From assembly GCF_028293085.1 (NCBI RefSeq), contig NZ_JAQGLC010000082.1, positions 7,615-71,614 of the forward strand: a stretch of DNA of 64,000 nt, in the 5' to 3' direction. The DNA is from Sphingomonas bacterium. Lineage in GTDB: Bacteria > Pseudomonadota > Alphaproteobacteria > Sphingomonadales > Sphingomonadaceae. Below are positions 38,059 to 48,109 of the stretch, piece by piece. Both the position numbers and the translations under genes were made by a program. The first letter of the stretch is position 1. Each line of letters starts with the position of its first letter. Below the pieces are notes generated by a model. That model was not told where the DNA came from. It searched no databases and saw only the letters and a list, made by a program, of their open reading frames with translations.

Positions 38059-39305
38059 ATACGGTGGAGCAGCGCGCAGCCTATAGCCTAGCGGACCCGG
38101 CGATGCAGGCGGATCGCTACGCCTGCTATGCCGCGGCGCATGCTCGCTGTCCGGTTTTCCGCGATCCCCAGCTCGGTTTCTTCGTGATCAACGATTACTC
38201 CGACGTCCGCGAGATCCTCGGCAATCCGAAGGACTTTTCGAGCGTCGTGGATCGCACGCGGGTAATGCAGGGGGCCAACGCGCAGATATTGCGCGACGTG
38301 TTGAGCGAAGGCGGTGGCTGGGTGAATGCCCCGGCGCTGCAGCGCGCCGATCCGCCCCAGCACAATCGCAGTCGCAAGGTCGTCACGCGGGCTTTTGCCG
38401 CAGGTCAGGTGCGCAGCATCGGGCCGCGCATCACTGCGCTCGCCCATGAGCTGATCGACCGTTTCATCGATCGCGGCGAATGCGACTTCATCAACGAGTT
38501 CGCACTGCCGCTGCCCGGCACGATCATCGCGGAATTGCTCGGCCTCGATGCCGCGGAATGGCCGCGCTACAAGGCGTGGGCCGACAATCTCTTCACCTAT
38601 CTCGTCGCGGTGCTGACCCCTGACGAAATGCGCAAGGCCGCCGAGACCGAACTCGAGATGCAGCTGTTCCTCGCCGCCGCGATGGAAGATCGCCGCGTTC
38701 ATCCGCGTGACGACCTGCTCACCGCGCTGGTGACGACCGAGGACGGTGACCAACCGCTGACGATGAACGAGCTGCAAGGCGTGATGCACCAGCTCATCAC
38801 CGGTGGCTACGAAACCGTGATCAGCGCCCTGTGCCACGGCATGCTGCAGCTGATCCGCTTCCCCGAGGCGATGACCGAGCTGCGCGCCGATCGATCGCTG
38901 ATGCCCGCCTTCATCAATGAAAGCCTGCGTTTCGAAAGCCCGACCCAGGGCCTCTACCGCGTCGCCACCCGCGATGTGGAGCTGAGCGGCGTTGCGATCC
39001 CTGCCGGATCGCTGCTGCACATTCGCTACGCGGCGGCGAACCGCGATCCGGTGCAGTTTCCCGATCCCGGCCAGTTCGATCTGCACCGCAGCAACGCCTC
39101 GTCGCACGTCGCGTTCGGCGCTTTCATCCACAGCTGCGTCGGCCAGCAGCTTGCCCGAAGCGAGCTGACGGTTGCCTTCAACACCGTGTTCGACCGGCTG
39201 GACAATATCCGCCTCGCCCGCCCGCTGCCGGTACCCGAGCATGATTACAGCGTGAACTATATTCCGTTGAAGGAACTCCGCATCGCATTCGACCGCGCCG
39301 GGTGA
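38055..39305 (+). CDS. cytochrome P450, paralog of 35490-36797
   Basis: DPPQH, TGGYETV, ESLRFESP, FGAFIHSCVG. Confidence 0.93.
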   Translation: MNTVEQRAAYSLADPAMQADRYACYAAAHARCPVFRDPQLGFFVINDYSDVREILGNPKDFSSVVDRTRVMQGANAQILRDVLSEGGGWVNAPALQRADPPQHNRSRKVVTRAFAAGQVRSIGPRITALAHELIDRFIDRGECDFINEFALPLPGTIIAELLGLDAAEWPRYKAWADNLFTYLVAVLTPDEMRKAAETELEMQLFLAAAMEDRRVHPRDDLLTALVTTEDGDQPLTMNELQGVMHQLITGGYETVISALCHGMLQLIRFPEAMTELRADRSLMPAFINESLRFESPTQGLYRVATRDVELSGVAIPAGSLLHIRYAAANRDPVQFPDPGQFDLHRSNASSHVAFGAFIHSCVGQQLARSELTVAFNTVFDRLDNIRLARPLPVPEHDYSVNYIPLKELRIAFDRAG

Positions 39306-39343
39306 CAGCTCGGCGTTCCCGCGTATTTTCTTGAGGTATCCCC

Positions 39344-39658
39344 ATGGCGAAGATCAATTTTCTCGTGAACGACACCGTCACCGAGGTTGAGGGCAGGGTC
39401 GGCGAGAGCGTGATGACCGCGGCGGTCGGCGCGGGTATTCCCGGGATTATCGCCGAGTGCGGCGGCACCTGTTCATGCGCGACCTGCCACGTCTATGTCG
39501 AGGGCGAGATCGCCGAGAAGCTCACCCCGGCGCATGAGGACGAGGAGGCGATGCTGGAAGGCGCCGTCGCCGAGGTCCGCCCCAACAGCCGCCTGTCGTG
39601 CCAGATCGAGGTCCGACCCTGGATGGACGGGCTGACCGTCCGCGTTCCGCAGATCTGA
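39344..39658 (+). CDS. 2Fe-2S ferredoxin
   Basis: AECGGTCSCATCHVYV ... SRLSCQI. Confidence 0.95.
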   Translation: MAKINFLVNDTVTEVEGRVGESVMTAAVGAGIPGIIAECGGTCSCATCHVYVEGEIAEKLTPAHEDEEAMLEGAVAEVRPNSRLSCQIEVRPWMDGLTVRVPQI

Positions 39659-39664
39659 TCCGGT

Positions 39665-40981
39665 TCAGGCGAGCGTGCGCTCGGTCTGGCGCAGGTGCCG
39701 GATGGCCAGGAAATAGACCGCAGCGGCGACCGAATAGAAGATCACGGCGCAGGCCATGATCGCATAAGCCAGCGATTCCTGGCCGAAGCTGCTGTTGAGC
39801 AGGTCGGACGCGAAGCCGAACGTCATCGTGCCGAGGCCCAGCCCAATGATGTTGGTGATGAACAGGAAGAAGGCCGCCGTCGTCGCGCGCATGCTGGCCG
39901 GGGCGGAGAGGTGCACCACCGCCATGCTCGGGCCGCCATAGAACATCGTCAGCATCTGGGCGATCAGCAGCACCCCGAAGGTGAGCGGCAGCGTCGGCAT
40001 GTTGAGCGCGGCGATCAGGAAGACGAGGGCGAGCAGGCTCGACCAGGCCGGAATGCGCGCATAGGCGGTGATGCTGTGCTTCGCCATGCGATCTGCCAAC
40101 CAGCCGCCGCCGAACATCCCCAGTCCGCCACCGACGAACGCGATCGCACTCAGGAATTGCGAGGTCTGGCTGAGGTTCAACCCATGGCTGCGCTGCACAT
40201 AGGCGGGTAGCCAGAAGGCGAGGCCGTAATTCATCATCGCCGCGATGCCTGCCGCGATCGACACGCTCCAGAAAGCGGGCTGCGTTTTCAGGTGCGCGAA
40301 GACCTGGCCGAGTGTCGGCACCGGGGCATCTGCATCATGATCGAGATCGGCCGCTCCCCGCACTGGCTCCTTCACCGCGAGCAGGAACAGGGGTGCGAGT
40401 ACGACTCCGGCGACACCGAGACCGATAAAGGTCGCACGCCAACCGTAATGCGCGCCGAAATAGCCGCCGACCAACAGCCCGAGCGCCGATCCCAGCGGGA
40501 GGCCAAGCGAGAAAAACCCCATCGCCCGCCCGCGCTCCCGTTGCGGGAAATAATCGGCGATCAGCGAATAGGCCGGCGCCATCCCGCCCGCCTCGCCCAC
40601 GCCCACGCCGAGGCGCGCGACCAGCAGCAGCGTGAAGCTGCCCGCCATGCCGCACAGCCCCGTAAACACGCTCCACAGCGACAGCGCGGCCGCCATGATC
40701 GCGGTCCGGTTCAGACGGTCCGCCACCCGTGCGATCGGGATGCCCAGCGTTGTGAAGAAGATCGCGAAAACCAGCCCGCCGAGCATCCCCATCTGCGAAT
40801 CCGACAAGCCGAGCTCCGCCTTGATCGGCACCGAGAGGATGCCGATGATCTGCCGGTCGATATAGTTGAAGATATAAACGATCAGCAGCACCGCCAGCAC
40901 GAACAGCCGGTAATGCCGGTGACGGCGCAAGGACGAGATGCTGGCTTTCAATCCGAATTCCCTGGTCGTCGGGTAAGGCAA
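39665..40981 (-). CDS. MFS transporter (spinster-like)
   Basis: FNYIDRQI, ARVADRLNR, RLGVGVGEAG; start uncertain. Confidence 0.92.
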   Translation of the reverse strand: MPYPTTREFGLKASISSLRRHRHYRLFVLAVLLIVYIFNYIDRQIIGILSVPIKAELGLSDSQMGMLGGLVFAIFFTTLGIPIARVADRLNRTAIMAAALSLWSVFTGLCGMAGSFTLLLVARLGVGVGEAGGMAPAYSLIADYFPQRERGRAMGFFSLGLPLGSALGLLVGGYFGAHYGWRATFIGLGVAGVVLAPLFLLAVKEPVRGAADLDHDADAPVPTLGQVFAHLKTQPAFWSVSIAAGIAAMMNYGLAFWLPAYVQRSHGLNLSQTSQFLSAIAFVGGGLGMFGGGWLADRMAKHSITAYARIPAWSSLLALVFLIAALNMPTLPLTFGVLLIAQMLTMFYGGPSMAVVHLSAPASMRATTAAFFLFITNIIGLGLGTMTFGFASDLLNSSFGQESLAYAIMACAVIFYSVAAAVYFLAIRHLRQTERTLA

Positions 40982-40986
40982 GTCGC

Positions 40987-41457
40987 TTAGCGGGGTCCCT
41001 GCGCGGTCCTTGGGGCGACCCAGTTGTTCGGCATCAACGGCACGACCTCGCGCGTCTTGAACAGCCAGCGCCCGTCGGACTGCTTTTCATAGGTGTCGAC
41101 ATGGTCTGCGACGAGCATCGGGACCGGCACGGCGTGCTCGCCCCGTGGCGCGCGGTAGAGGGTGAAACTGAGGATGCCGCGCACCGTGCCGTCGTCATCG
41201 ACGGTGAAGCGGTAGTTGGAGACCATGTGCCGGCGCGTGACCAACTCACCGACTTTCTGCCGTTCCGCCCAGCCGGTGACCATCTCCGCGCGGCCGTTCA
41301 TCGAGGTGCCAGGCGCTTGCCAGGTCGCATCTTCGGTGAAAAGTTCGGGAATCCGGGCCGACTGATAATTGTCCGCCAGGTAGCAATATTCCATGCACAG
41401 CGCGACGAGTGCCGAATGATCGTCGGCGCTGAGGCGGGTATAGGTAGGGTCGCTCAT
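40987..41457 (-). CDS. NTF2/SnoaL-like protein (copy 4)
   Basis: EYCYLAD, LFTEDA.W, RRHMVSN, HVDTY, GRWLFKTR. Confidence 0.85.
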   Translation of the reverse strand: MSDPTYTRLSADDHSALVALCMEYCYLADNYQSARIPELFTEDATWQAPGTSMNGRAEMVTGWAERQKVGELVTRRHMVSNYRFTVDDDGTVRGILSFTLYRAPRGEHAVPVPMLVADHVDTYEKQSDGRWLFKTREVVPLMPNNWVAPRTAQGPR

Positions 41458-41487
41458 CGGTCTTCCTCGGTCGGTCGAATGGAGAAC

Positions 41488-41946
41488 TCAGTCGATGCGC
41501 GGCGGCGTCCAGTCATGCGGCATCAGCGGCACGACGGTGCGGCTTTTGAACAGCCAACGACCGTCCACCTGGGCATATTCGTCGACATGATCGGCGAGCA
41601 ATGTCGGCATCGGTTGCACGTTGTCGCCGCGCCTGGCGCGGTAGAGCGCGAAGCTGAGGACGCCGCGCACCGACCCGTCATCTTCGCGGGTGTAGCGATG
41701 GTTCGAGATCATGTGGCGGCGCTGCACCGTCAGGCCCACCGCCTGCATTTCCGCCCAACCCCTGATCAGCCCGTCGCGGCCCTTCATCGTCATCTGCGGC
41801 GAGGTCCATAGCGCGTCCTCGACGAACAGGTCGGGGATGCGATCGGACTGGTCGTTGTCGGTGCGCCAGACATATTCCATGCACAACGCCAGCAGCGCGG
41901 CGCGCTCTTTCGCCGTTACCCGCGCATAAGGTGGCAAGTCGCTCAT
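41488..41946 (-). CDS. NTF2/SnoaL-like protein (copy 5), tandem paralog of copy 4
   Basis: EYVWRTD, LFVEDA.W, RRHMISN, HVDEY, GRWLFKSR. Confidence 0.85.
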   Translation of the reverse strand: MSDLPPYARVTAKERAALLALCMEYVWRTDNDQSDRIPDLFVEDALWTSPQMTMKGRDGLIRGWAEMQAVGLTVQRRHMISNHRYTREDDGSVRGVLSFALYRARRGDNVQPMPTLLADHVDEYAQVDGRWLFKSRTVVPLMPHDWTPPRID

Positions 41947-41952
41947 GCCGCT

Positions 41953-43491
41953 CTATCCTTCACCGGCCAGATGCTCGAGCACCAGTTCGGTCAACCTGCG
42001 CCGGTCGACCTTCAGGTTGCTCGGGTTCTTCGGCAGGTCGTCCATGAACAGGATATGGTCGATCTCCATTCGGGGATCCCCTTGCCGCGCGAAGGATCGC
42101 AGCTCGTCGGCGGAAATGGCCGATCCGTTGCGGCGCACGACATTGGCGCAGATCCGGTTTGAAAGCTCGGGATCGGGAATACCGATGGTCGCTACCGATT
42201 GTACCTCGGGGTGATCCCCGAGCAGCAGGTCGATCGCGCGCGGATAGATTGCGCGGCCGCGCGCCTCGAACGAGAAAGCGAGCCGGTCGAGGATGTAGAT
42301 ATAGCCCTGATCGTCCATCCGCCCGACATCGCCGGTGCGCACCCAGTGATCAGTCATCACCTCGGCGGTCTTTTCGGGATCGCCGATATAGTGGAGCATA
42401 TGGGAGGGCGAGCGGATCGTGATCTCGCCATAATCGCCGGCCGGCACTGCATTGCCCTGAGGATCGCGCATCTCGATGTCGACGCCGAGCAGCGCGCGCC
42501 CGAGCGAGGATATCCGCTCCGGGCGGCTCAGGTCGTGATCTTCCGGCAGCAGCAGCACGGTCGATGTCGCCTCGGAGCAGCCATAGGAGCCGACCAGCAC
42601 CGGCCCCAGCCGCTCGACGATGATGCTCAGCCGGCTCGGGTTGATCGCCTCGCCGCCGTAGAAGAGCAGCTTGAGCTGCCCGGTCGGCCAGACCAGGTCA
42701 TCTCGGCCGACCAGGGTGTAGATCGCCTGGGTCGCCATGAAGAGCAAATTGGCCTTGTGCTGCACCGTCAATCGGTAAAGCTCGTCGATATCGAAATCGG
42801 CCTGGGTGACGAGGGTGCCGCCGCGCAACAGGGTCGGCTGCACATTATACGCCATCACCGGAAACGAGGTACGGCAGACGACCGAGATGGGGTGCGGCGG
42901 ATAGGGCAGGGCAGCCATGTGCGCGAGCACGATCGATGCGCCTGCCGCTCCATCATAGGCGATTGCCTTGGAGAGTCCCGTCGACCCCCCGGTGTAAGTG
43001 ATCGCCGCGCAACGCGGTGCGGGCCGGGCGAAGAGGGTCGCGGGCTCGATCAGTTTGATCGCATCGTTGACGCAGACCAGACCGTCGATCGGCGTCGTCG
43101 TCAGGACAGGGACCGTCAGCGTCCCGGCAAAGGCCAGAACGTCGCCGCCGATCCCGGCCGGCTCAAGGATCACCATCGTCAGACCGGCCGATCTGACGCG
43201 GTGGACGAGATTGTCGGCGGGCATGCTGGGCGGCATGTCGGCCACTGCGATGCCCGCGATGTGGCACGCCATGTAGCAGGCGATAAAGTCTGCGCTCATC
43301 CGCGCCGCCAGCCCGATGCGGTCGCCGATCGACAGGCCCAGCTCGTCGAACAGGCCGATGATCCGCCCCACCCGCTCGGCCAACTGGAAGTAGGTCAGCT
43401 GGGTCTCGCCATCGATGATGGCGACCGCCTCTCCGTTACGTTTCAGGCACTGCGCATATAGATCGCCCAGGGTTACCGCATTGGAAGACAA
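41953..43491 (-). CDS. AMP-binding (ANL) enzyme, divergent acyl-CoA ligase-like
   Basis: YTGGSTGLSK, YGCSE, RTGDVG, LPKN...K; TTG start with AGGAG. Confidence 0.85.
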   Translation of the reverse strand: MSSNAVTLGDLYAQCLKRNGEAVAIIDGETQLTYFQLAERVGRIIGLFDELGLSIGDRIGLAARMSADFIACYMACHIAGIAVADMPPSMPADNLVHRVRSAGLTMVILEPAGIGGDVLAFAGTLTVPVLTTTPIDGLVCVNDAIKLIEPATLFARPAPRCAAITYTGGSTGLSKAIAYDGAAGASIVLAHMAALPYPPHPISVVCRTSFPVMAYNVQPTLLRGGTLVTQADFDIDELYRLTVQHKANLLFMATQAIYTLVGRDDLVWPTGQLKLLFYGGEAINPSRLSIIVERLGPVLVGSYGCSEATSTVLLLPEDHDLSRPERISSLGRALLGVDIEMRDPQGNAVPAGDYGEITIRSPSHMLHYIGDPEKTAEVMTDHWVRTGDVGRMDDQGYIYILDRLAFSFEARGRAIYPRAIDLLLGDHPEVQSVATIGIPDPELSNRICANVVRRNGSAISADELRSFARQGDPRMEIDHILFMDDLPKNPSNLKVDRRRLTELVLEHLAGEG

Positions 43492-43624
43492 GACCTACTC
43501 CTAAGCACGCCGACTGTCCGCTGTGCCCGCCGCGACATATTTCGACAGATCTGTCCGGGCGTGGCGGGGCTCTCCCTCACACCGGGTTGGCAATCGTTCG
43601 ATATGTACGGTTGGCAAGCAGTTC

Positions 43625-43647
43625 GTATATATCATGATCATAATCAT
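43625..43647. promoter_or_regulatory. motif A-like site (GTATATATCATGATCATAATCAT) in the FadR divergent promoter
   Basis: 13/18 to motif A consensus; AT-rich patch in a GC-rich background. Confidence 0.45.
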
Positions 43648-43798
43648 CTCTATTAGGCTGTCAACGACGGATGCGTTGCTTCAGGCCCTGAGGATGCGGC
43701 AGCCATCTGCTCGACCGCGCGGACGGGGGTGCGCAGGTCGAAGAAAGCCTCTATGCAGGTCATTCGAATTGCGTGGTGATCCGGGGGAAACTGGCAGA

Positions 43799-44587
43799 AT
43801 GCCTGGCGTATCTGTAAAGAGAAGGGGCGGGCCGGCCGCCTCGACGGAGCCCGCGCAGACCATGGCCGCGGTCTATCGGCGCCCCACCAAGACCTCCGAA
43901 ATCATCGCGCTCGAAATCGTGCGCCACATCGTCGATCGCGATCTTGGCCCCGGCGACCGTCTCCCGCTCGAAGCCGAGATGCTGACCCGGTACCGCGTCA
44001 GCCGGTCGTCGCTGCGCGAGGCGCTGCGGCTGCTTGAGGTCCAGGGCATGATCGCGATCCGTCCCGGGCCTGGCGCGGGCACCGTCGTCGGCGAGGTGCT
44101 GCCCGGCAATCTCGGGCGCACGCTGACGCTCTACCTCAACATGATGGGTGCCAATTACGACGAGCTGTTGCAGACCTGGGTCACGACCGAGCCGGTCCTC
44201 GCGCGGCTCGCCGCCCAGAACCCCGATCGGGAAAAGAGCCGCAGGCTGCTGGCGCCGTTCCTGACCGAGGAAGGGCAGGACAATTCGCACGAGTTGACCG
44301 AGGGCGTGAACTTTCACCAGGTCGTCGGCGAACTTTCCGGCAATCGGGTGCTCGCTTTCGTGTTCCAGGCGGTGAGCCTCGTGGTGGCGGAACATCTGTT
44401 GCTTACCAATCGCAGCCGACAGATGGCCCCGAAGACGGTTCACGACCACACCGCCATCGCCAGGGCGATCGTCGCCGGCCATGCCGACAAGGCCGAGCAA
44501 TTGATGGTCGAGCATGTCCGCGCGGTGGTCGAGAATTGCAGGACCCTGTGGCCGCAGCAGATTACCGAGACGGTCGAGTGGCGGTGA
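43799..44587 (+). CDS. FadR/GntR family regulator (FCD domain)
   Basis: GDRLPLEAEM...VSRSSLREALRLLE, FHQVV..LSGN, DHTAI; start 43799 or 43862. Confidence 0.9.
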   Translation: MPGVSVKRRGGPAASTEPAQTMAAVYRRPTKTSEIIALEIVRHIVDRDLGPGDRLPLEAEMLTRYRVSRSSLREALRLLEVQGMIAIRPGPGAGTVVGEVLPGNLGRTLTLYLNMMGANYDELLQTWVTTEPVLARLAAQNPDREKSRRLLAPFLTEEGQDNSHELTEGVNFHQVVGELSGNRVLAFVFQAVSLVVAEHLLLTNRSRQMAPKTVHDHTAIARAIVAGHADKAEQLMVEHVRAVVENCRTLWPQQITETVEWR

Positions 44588-44605
44588 GCCTCCGCTAAGC
44601 GCGAC

Positions 44606-45433
44606 TCAAGCGCCTTGCTTCGCCGCTCCAATCGCGCCGGCCGAACCCGCCTGTCTGATAAGCCGAGCCTCTTCGGTGACGTGGGTGATCTGATGAGTCT
44701 CGAAATGCGCCGAGAGCGCGGTGCGGAAACCCTGCAGGTCGAGCGTCCGGTTGAGCGAGCGCTTGGTTACCATCGCGGCGAAGGGCGGTGCCTCGGCGCA
44801 ACGCGCCGCCAGCGCCAGTGTCGCGCTCTCCAGCTCGGCACGCGGTACCAAACGGTTGATCATGCCGATCCGGTACGCCTCGGCCGCATCCATCCGCTCA
44901 CCGGTGAACAGGAACTCCTTCGCTCGCCGCAGGCCCATTACATAGGGGTGCACCAGCACCTCGACCGATGCCGCCGCGAGCGAGCGGACGACCGGATCGG
45001 CGAAATAGGCATCCTCGGATGCGACCATCATGTCGCACAGATTGGCGACCATGAAGGCGCCGCCCATGCACGCGCCCTGCACCTGGGCGACGGTCGGCTT
45101 GGGAACGTCGAAGATCTTGAGCGCATATCCGAAATAGCGTTTCGCTTCATATTCCCAGCGCTGCTCGACGCTGTAGGCCGCGCGCTCGCTCATCGCCTCT
45201 TTCAGGTCGTGCCCGGCGGAGAAGTGATCGCCGGTCCCGGCGATGATGATCGCGCCGATCCGCTCGTCGGCCACCGCCGCGTCGAGCGCCGCGTCCATTT
45301 CGTCGAGCAGCCGCGTGCTTTCCGCATTGCGCGCCTGGGGCCGGTCATGTGCGATACGCGCGACGCGGCCGATATATTCGACGCGGATGTCGTTATAACC
45401 GGTCTTCAGCTCGATCTTGGCCTCGGCGTTCAT
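44606..45433 (-). CDS. crotonase/enoyl-CoA hydratase superfamily protein
   Basis: RPQARNA, FSAGHDL, PKPTVAQVQG, AKEFLFTG; start ATG 45433. Confidence 0.88.
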   Translation of the reverse strand: MNAEAKIELKTGYNDIRVEYIGRVARIAHDRPQARNAESTRLLDEMDAALDAAVADERIGAIIIAGTGDHFSAGHDLKEAMSERAAYSVEQRWEYEAKRYFGYALKIFDVPKPTVAQVQGACMGGAFMVANLCDMMVASEDAYFADPVVRSLAAASVEVLVHPYVMGLRRAKEFLFTGERMDAAEAYRIGMINRLVPRAELESATLALAARCAEAPPFAAMVTKRSLNRTLDLQGFRTALSAHFETHQITHVTEEARLIRQAGSAGAIGAAKQGA

Positions 45434-45458
45434 GTCTGGCTCCTGATGGATCGGGTCA

Positions 45459-46709
45459 CTAAGTCGGCTGGGCCACCGCAATCAGCGTCTTCACCGGCAC
45501 GCTGGAATCGGCGAGCCGATCCGCCTCGACCGGCTGCGCGCTCATGATCAGCTTCTTGCCGGCGACAAAATCGCCCGCGGCGTTCACCGCCTCGACAGCG
45601 ACGACATGGTCGCCGCTCATGTGGAAGATCGAGAAGCTGTTCTCCTTGTCGGGCGTGTGCCGGACGATCTGGCGATCGGCATCGAACGGCACACCCGCGA
45701 TCTGCAGCTTCAGCTCATACTGGTCCGACCAGAACCAGGGCAGGTCCGGGTTCGGCAGCGGCAGCCCCATGATGTCGGCCGCAGCCGCCTTGGCCTGGTC
45801 GACCGCATTGGGCACGCTTTCGAGCCGAAACAGACGATTGCCGTAATGCGGCATCGGCCGGCGCGTCATATCGCCGATCGCGTAGATCCCGTCGATCGAG
45901 GTGCGCGCTGCCAGGTCCACGATCACGCCATTGTCGCACGCCAGGCCCGCACCGATCGCCAGGGCGTCGCAGGGTGACCCGCCGATCCCGACCAGCACCG
46001 CGTCGCACGGGATGATTTCGCCGTCGGACAGTTCGACCGAGCGAACCGCCCCGTCTTCGCCGTGCAATGCCGAAACCGACGCGCCGGTCATGAAGCGAAC
46101 ACCGCGATCGGCGTGATAGCGATGGAAGAAACCGGACAGTTCCTCGCACGCGACGCGCGACAGGATCCGCGGCTCCCGCTCGAGGATCGTGACTTCTGTC
46201 CCGAGTTCGCGCGCCGATGCTGCCACTTCGAGACCGACATAGCCTGCACCAATGATCACCAGCTTCCGGCCCGGTCCGATCTGCCCCCGCAGCGCCTCGG
46301 CATCGGTGAAGTCGCGCAGCACATGCACGCCACTGAGGTCGGCACCGGGCCCTTCCAGCCGCCGTGCGATAGATCCCGTGGCAAGGATCAGCACGTCCCA
46401 TGCGATTTCCGCGCCGCTCGCCAACATCGCGACCTTGCGCTCGGAATCGATCGTCTCGACTCGCTCGCCCAGCATCACCTCGACCGCGTTGGTTTCGTAG
46501 AATTTCGCCGGGCGCAGATAGAGCGATTCGAGCGTCGACTCGCCCTTCAGATAGAATTTGGAGAGCGGAGGCCGGTGATAGGGCAGGATCTTCTCTTCGG
46601 AGATCAGCCGAATTTCGCCCATGTGCCCCGCCTGGCGTAGCGCCGCGACTGCGTTGGCACCGCCATGTCCGCCGCCGATGATGAGGATCCGTGGGCCGCC
46701 GGTCTTCAT
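45459..46709 (-). CDS. ferredoxin-NAD(+) reductase (putidaredoxin reductase-like)
   Basis: GGGHGG, PYHRPPLSK, GAGYVGLE, IYAIGD, RLESVPNA, PWFWSDQY. Confidence 0.95.
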   Translation of the reverse strand: MKTGGPRILIIGGGHGGANAVAALRQAGHMGEIRLISEEKILPYHRPPLSKFYLKGESTLESLYLRPAKFYETNAVEVMLGERVETIDSERKVAMLASGAEIAWDVLILATGSIARRLEGPGADLSGVHVLRDFTDAEALRGQIGPGRKLVIIGAGYVGLEVAASARELGTEVTILEREPRILSRVACEELSGFFHRYHADRGVRFMTGASVSALHGEDGAVRSVELSDGEIIPCDAVLVGIGGSPCDALAIGAGLACDNGVIVDLAARTSIDGIYAIGDMTRRPMPHYGNRLFRLESVPNAVDQAKAAAADIMGLPLPNPDLPWFWSDQYELKLQIAGVPFDADRQIVRHTPDKENSFSIFHMSGDHVVAVEAVNAAGDFVAGKKLIMSAQPVEADRLADSSVPVKTLIAVAQPT

Positions 46710-46762
46710 GGAAATCGTCTCTCCTGCGTTGCGCCGCGCCGCCCTCGGGCGGGGTTTGGCGT

Positions 46763-46780
46763 CAATTCGTGATGATAAAC
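46763..46780. promoter_or_regulatory. motif A-like site CAATTCGTGATGATAAAC
   Basis: 13/18 to motif A; reductase side of the divergent promoter. Confidence 0.45.
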
Positions 46781-46804
46781 TCGCCCGACTTTGGCAAGCG
46801 CATA

Positions 46805-46839
46805 TTGCCAGCTTCCACTAATTCATTATGATGATCATG
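46805..46839 (+). promoter_or_regulatory. motif A operator (46818-46839) overlapping putative promoter TTGCCA-16-TATGAT
   Basis: Exact 22-bp duplicate of 27409-27430, just upstream of the AAGGAG RBS. Confidence 0.75.
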
Positions 46840-46855
46840 CGAATAAGGAGATAGC

Positions 46856-48109
46856 ATGTTTTCCGAGGCGACCAGCCAGGCCAACCCCTGGGTCGAGCGC
46901 GTGAACAATTTCATGATCGACCATGTCTATCCCAATCTCGACACCTACCAGCGCCAGTTGCGTGAGGGTGACGGTGCGCCGTGGAACCCCCCTGCCATCG
47001 CGGAGGAGCTGAAGGAAAGGGCGAAATCCGAAGGTCTGTGGAACCTGTTCATGCCGCCGTCGCACGGTGCCGCGCCCGCCGACGACCGCTTCCGGTTCGA
47101 AGGGCCCGGCCTTTCCAATTTCGCCTATGCCCCGCTCGCCGAGATCATGGGCCGGGTGCGCTGGGCGTCGGAGCTGTTCAACTGCTCCGCGCCCGATACC
47201 GGGAATATGGAATTGCTCGCCCGCTATGGCAGCCATGAGCAGAAGCAGCGCTGGCTCGATCCGCTGATGAACGGCGAAATCCGCTCCGCCTTCCTGATGA
47301 CCGAGCCGCAGGTCGCCTGCTCCGACGCGACCAATGTCGAGACGAGCGTTGTCCGCGACGGGGACGATTATGTCATCAACGGCCGCAAATGGTGGGGATC
47401 GGGCGTCGGCGATCCGCGCTGCGCCGTCTATATCGTGATGGGCAAGACCGATCCGACAGCCAAGCCGTATCGCCAGCAATCGATGATCCTCGTCCCCGCC
47501 GACACGCCGGGCGTCGAGATCGTCAGGATGCTGACGGTGTTCGGCTACGACCATGCGCCACACGGCCATGCCGAGATCCGGCTGACTGATGTCCGTGTGC
47601 CGGTCGAGAACGTCATCTTGCGCGAAGGGGCTGGCTTCGAGATCGCCCAAGGCAGGCTTGGGCCGGGCCGTATCCATCATGGCATGCGCACGGTCGGTGT
47701 CGCCGAGGTCGCGCTGGAGGCGATGTGCCGGCGGCTGCTCGATCGCTCGACCTTCGGCCGCCGCCTTGCCGACCGCTCGCTCTGGGAACAGCGCATCGGT
47801 GAATGCCGCACCGAGATCGAGATGGCGCGCCTGCTCTGCCTCAAGGCGGCGCATATGATGGACGTCGCCGGCAACAAATCCGCCCGCGCGGAAATCGCAA
47901 TGATCAAGAACGCCGCGACCAAGGTTGCGCAGACCGTGCTCGATTATGCGATTCAGGCGCATGGCGCGGGCGGCCTCGCTGAGGATTATGGTCTCGCGGC
48001 GCTCTACGCCCATGTCCGCTCGCTGCGCTTTGCCGACGGGCCGGACGAGGTGCACAATCGGACCATCGCCAAGCTCGAGCTCGCCAAATATGCGGCCGAG
48101 ACCCACTGA
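46856..48109 (+). CDS. acyl-CoA dehydrogenase, ACAD10/11 / LvaC-like
   Basis: [53 protein letters not shown]. Confidence 0.92.
   Translation: MFSEATSQANPWVERVNNFMIDHVYPNLDTYQRQLREGDGAPWNPPAIAEELKERAKSEGLWNLFMPPSHGAAPADDRFRFEGPGLSNFAYAPLAEIMGRVRWASELFNCSAPDTGNMELLARYGSHEQKQRWLDPLMNGEIRSAFLMTEPQVACSDATNVETSVVRDGDDYVINGRKWWGSGVGDPRCAVYIVMGKTDPTAKPYRQQSMILVPADTPGVEIVRMLTVFGYDHAPHGHAEIRLTDVRVPVENVILREGAGFEIAQGRLGPGRIHHGMRTVGVAEVALEAMCRRLLDRSTFGRRLADRSLWEQRIGECRTEIEMARLLCLKAAHMMDVAGNKSARAEIAMIKNAATKVAQTVLDYAIQAHGAGGLAEDYGLAALYAHVRSLRFADGPDEVHNRTIAKLELAKYAAETH

Noticed and set aside
30288-43491. Secondary-metabolite biosynthetic cluster (P450s, SnoaL, ligase, MFS)
   Set aside because: No PKS, NRPS, terpene synthase or RiPP precursor seen; the TBDR and beta-oxidation context favours catabolism
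46792-46810. TGGCAA-N7-TTGCCA as a sigma54 promoter
   Set aside because: GG-GC spacing does not fit -24/-12; better explained as -35 elements of divergent promoters
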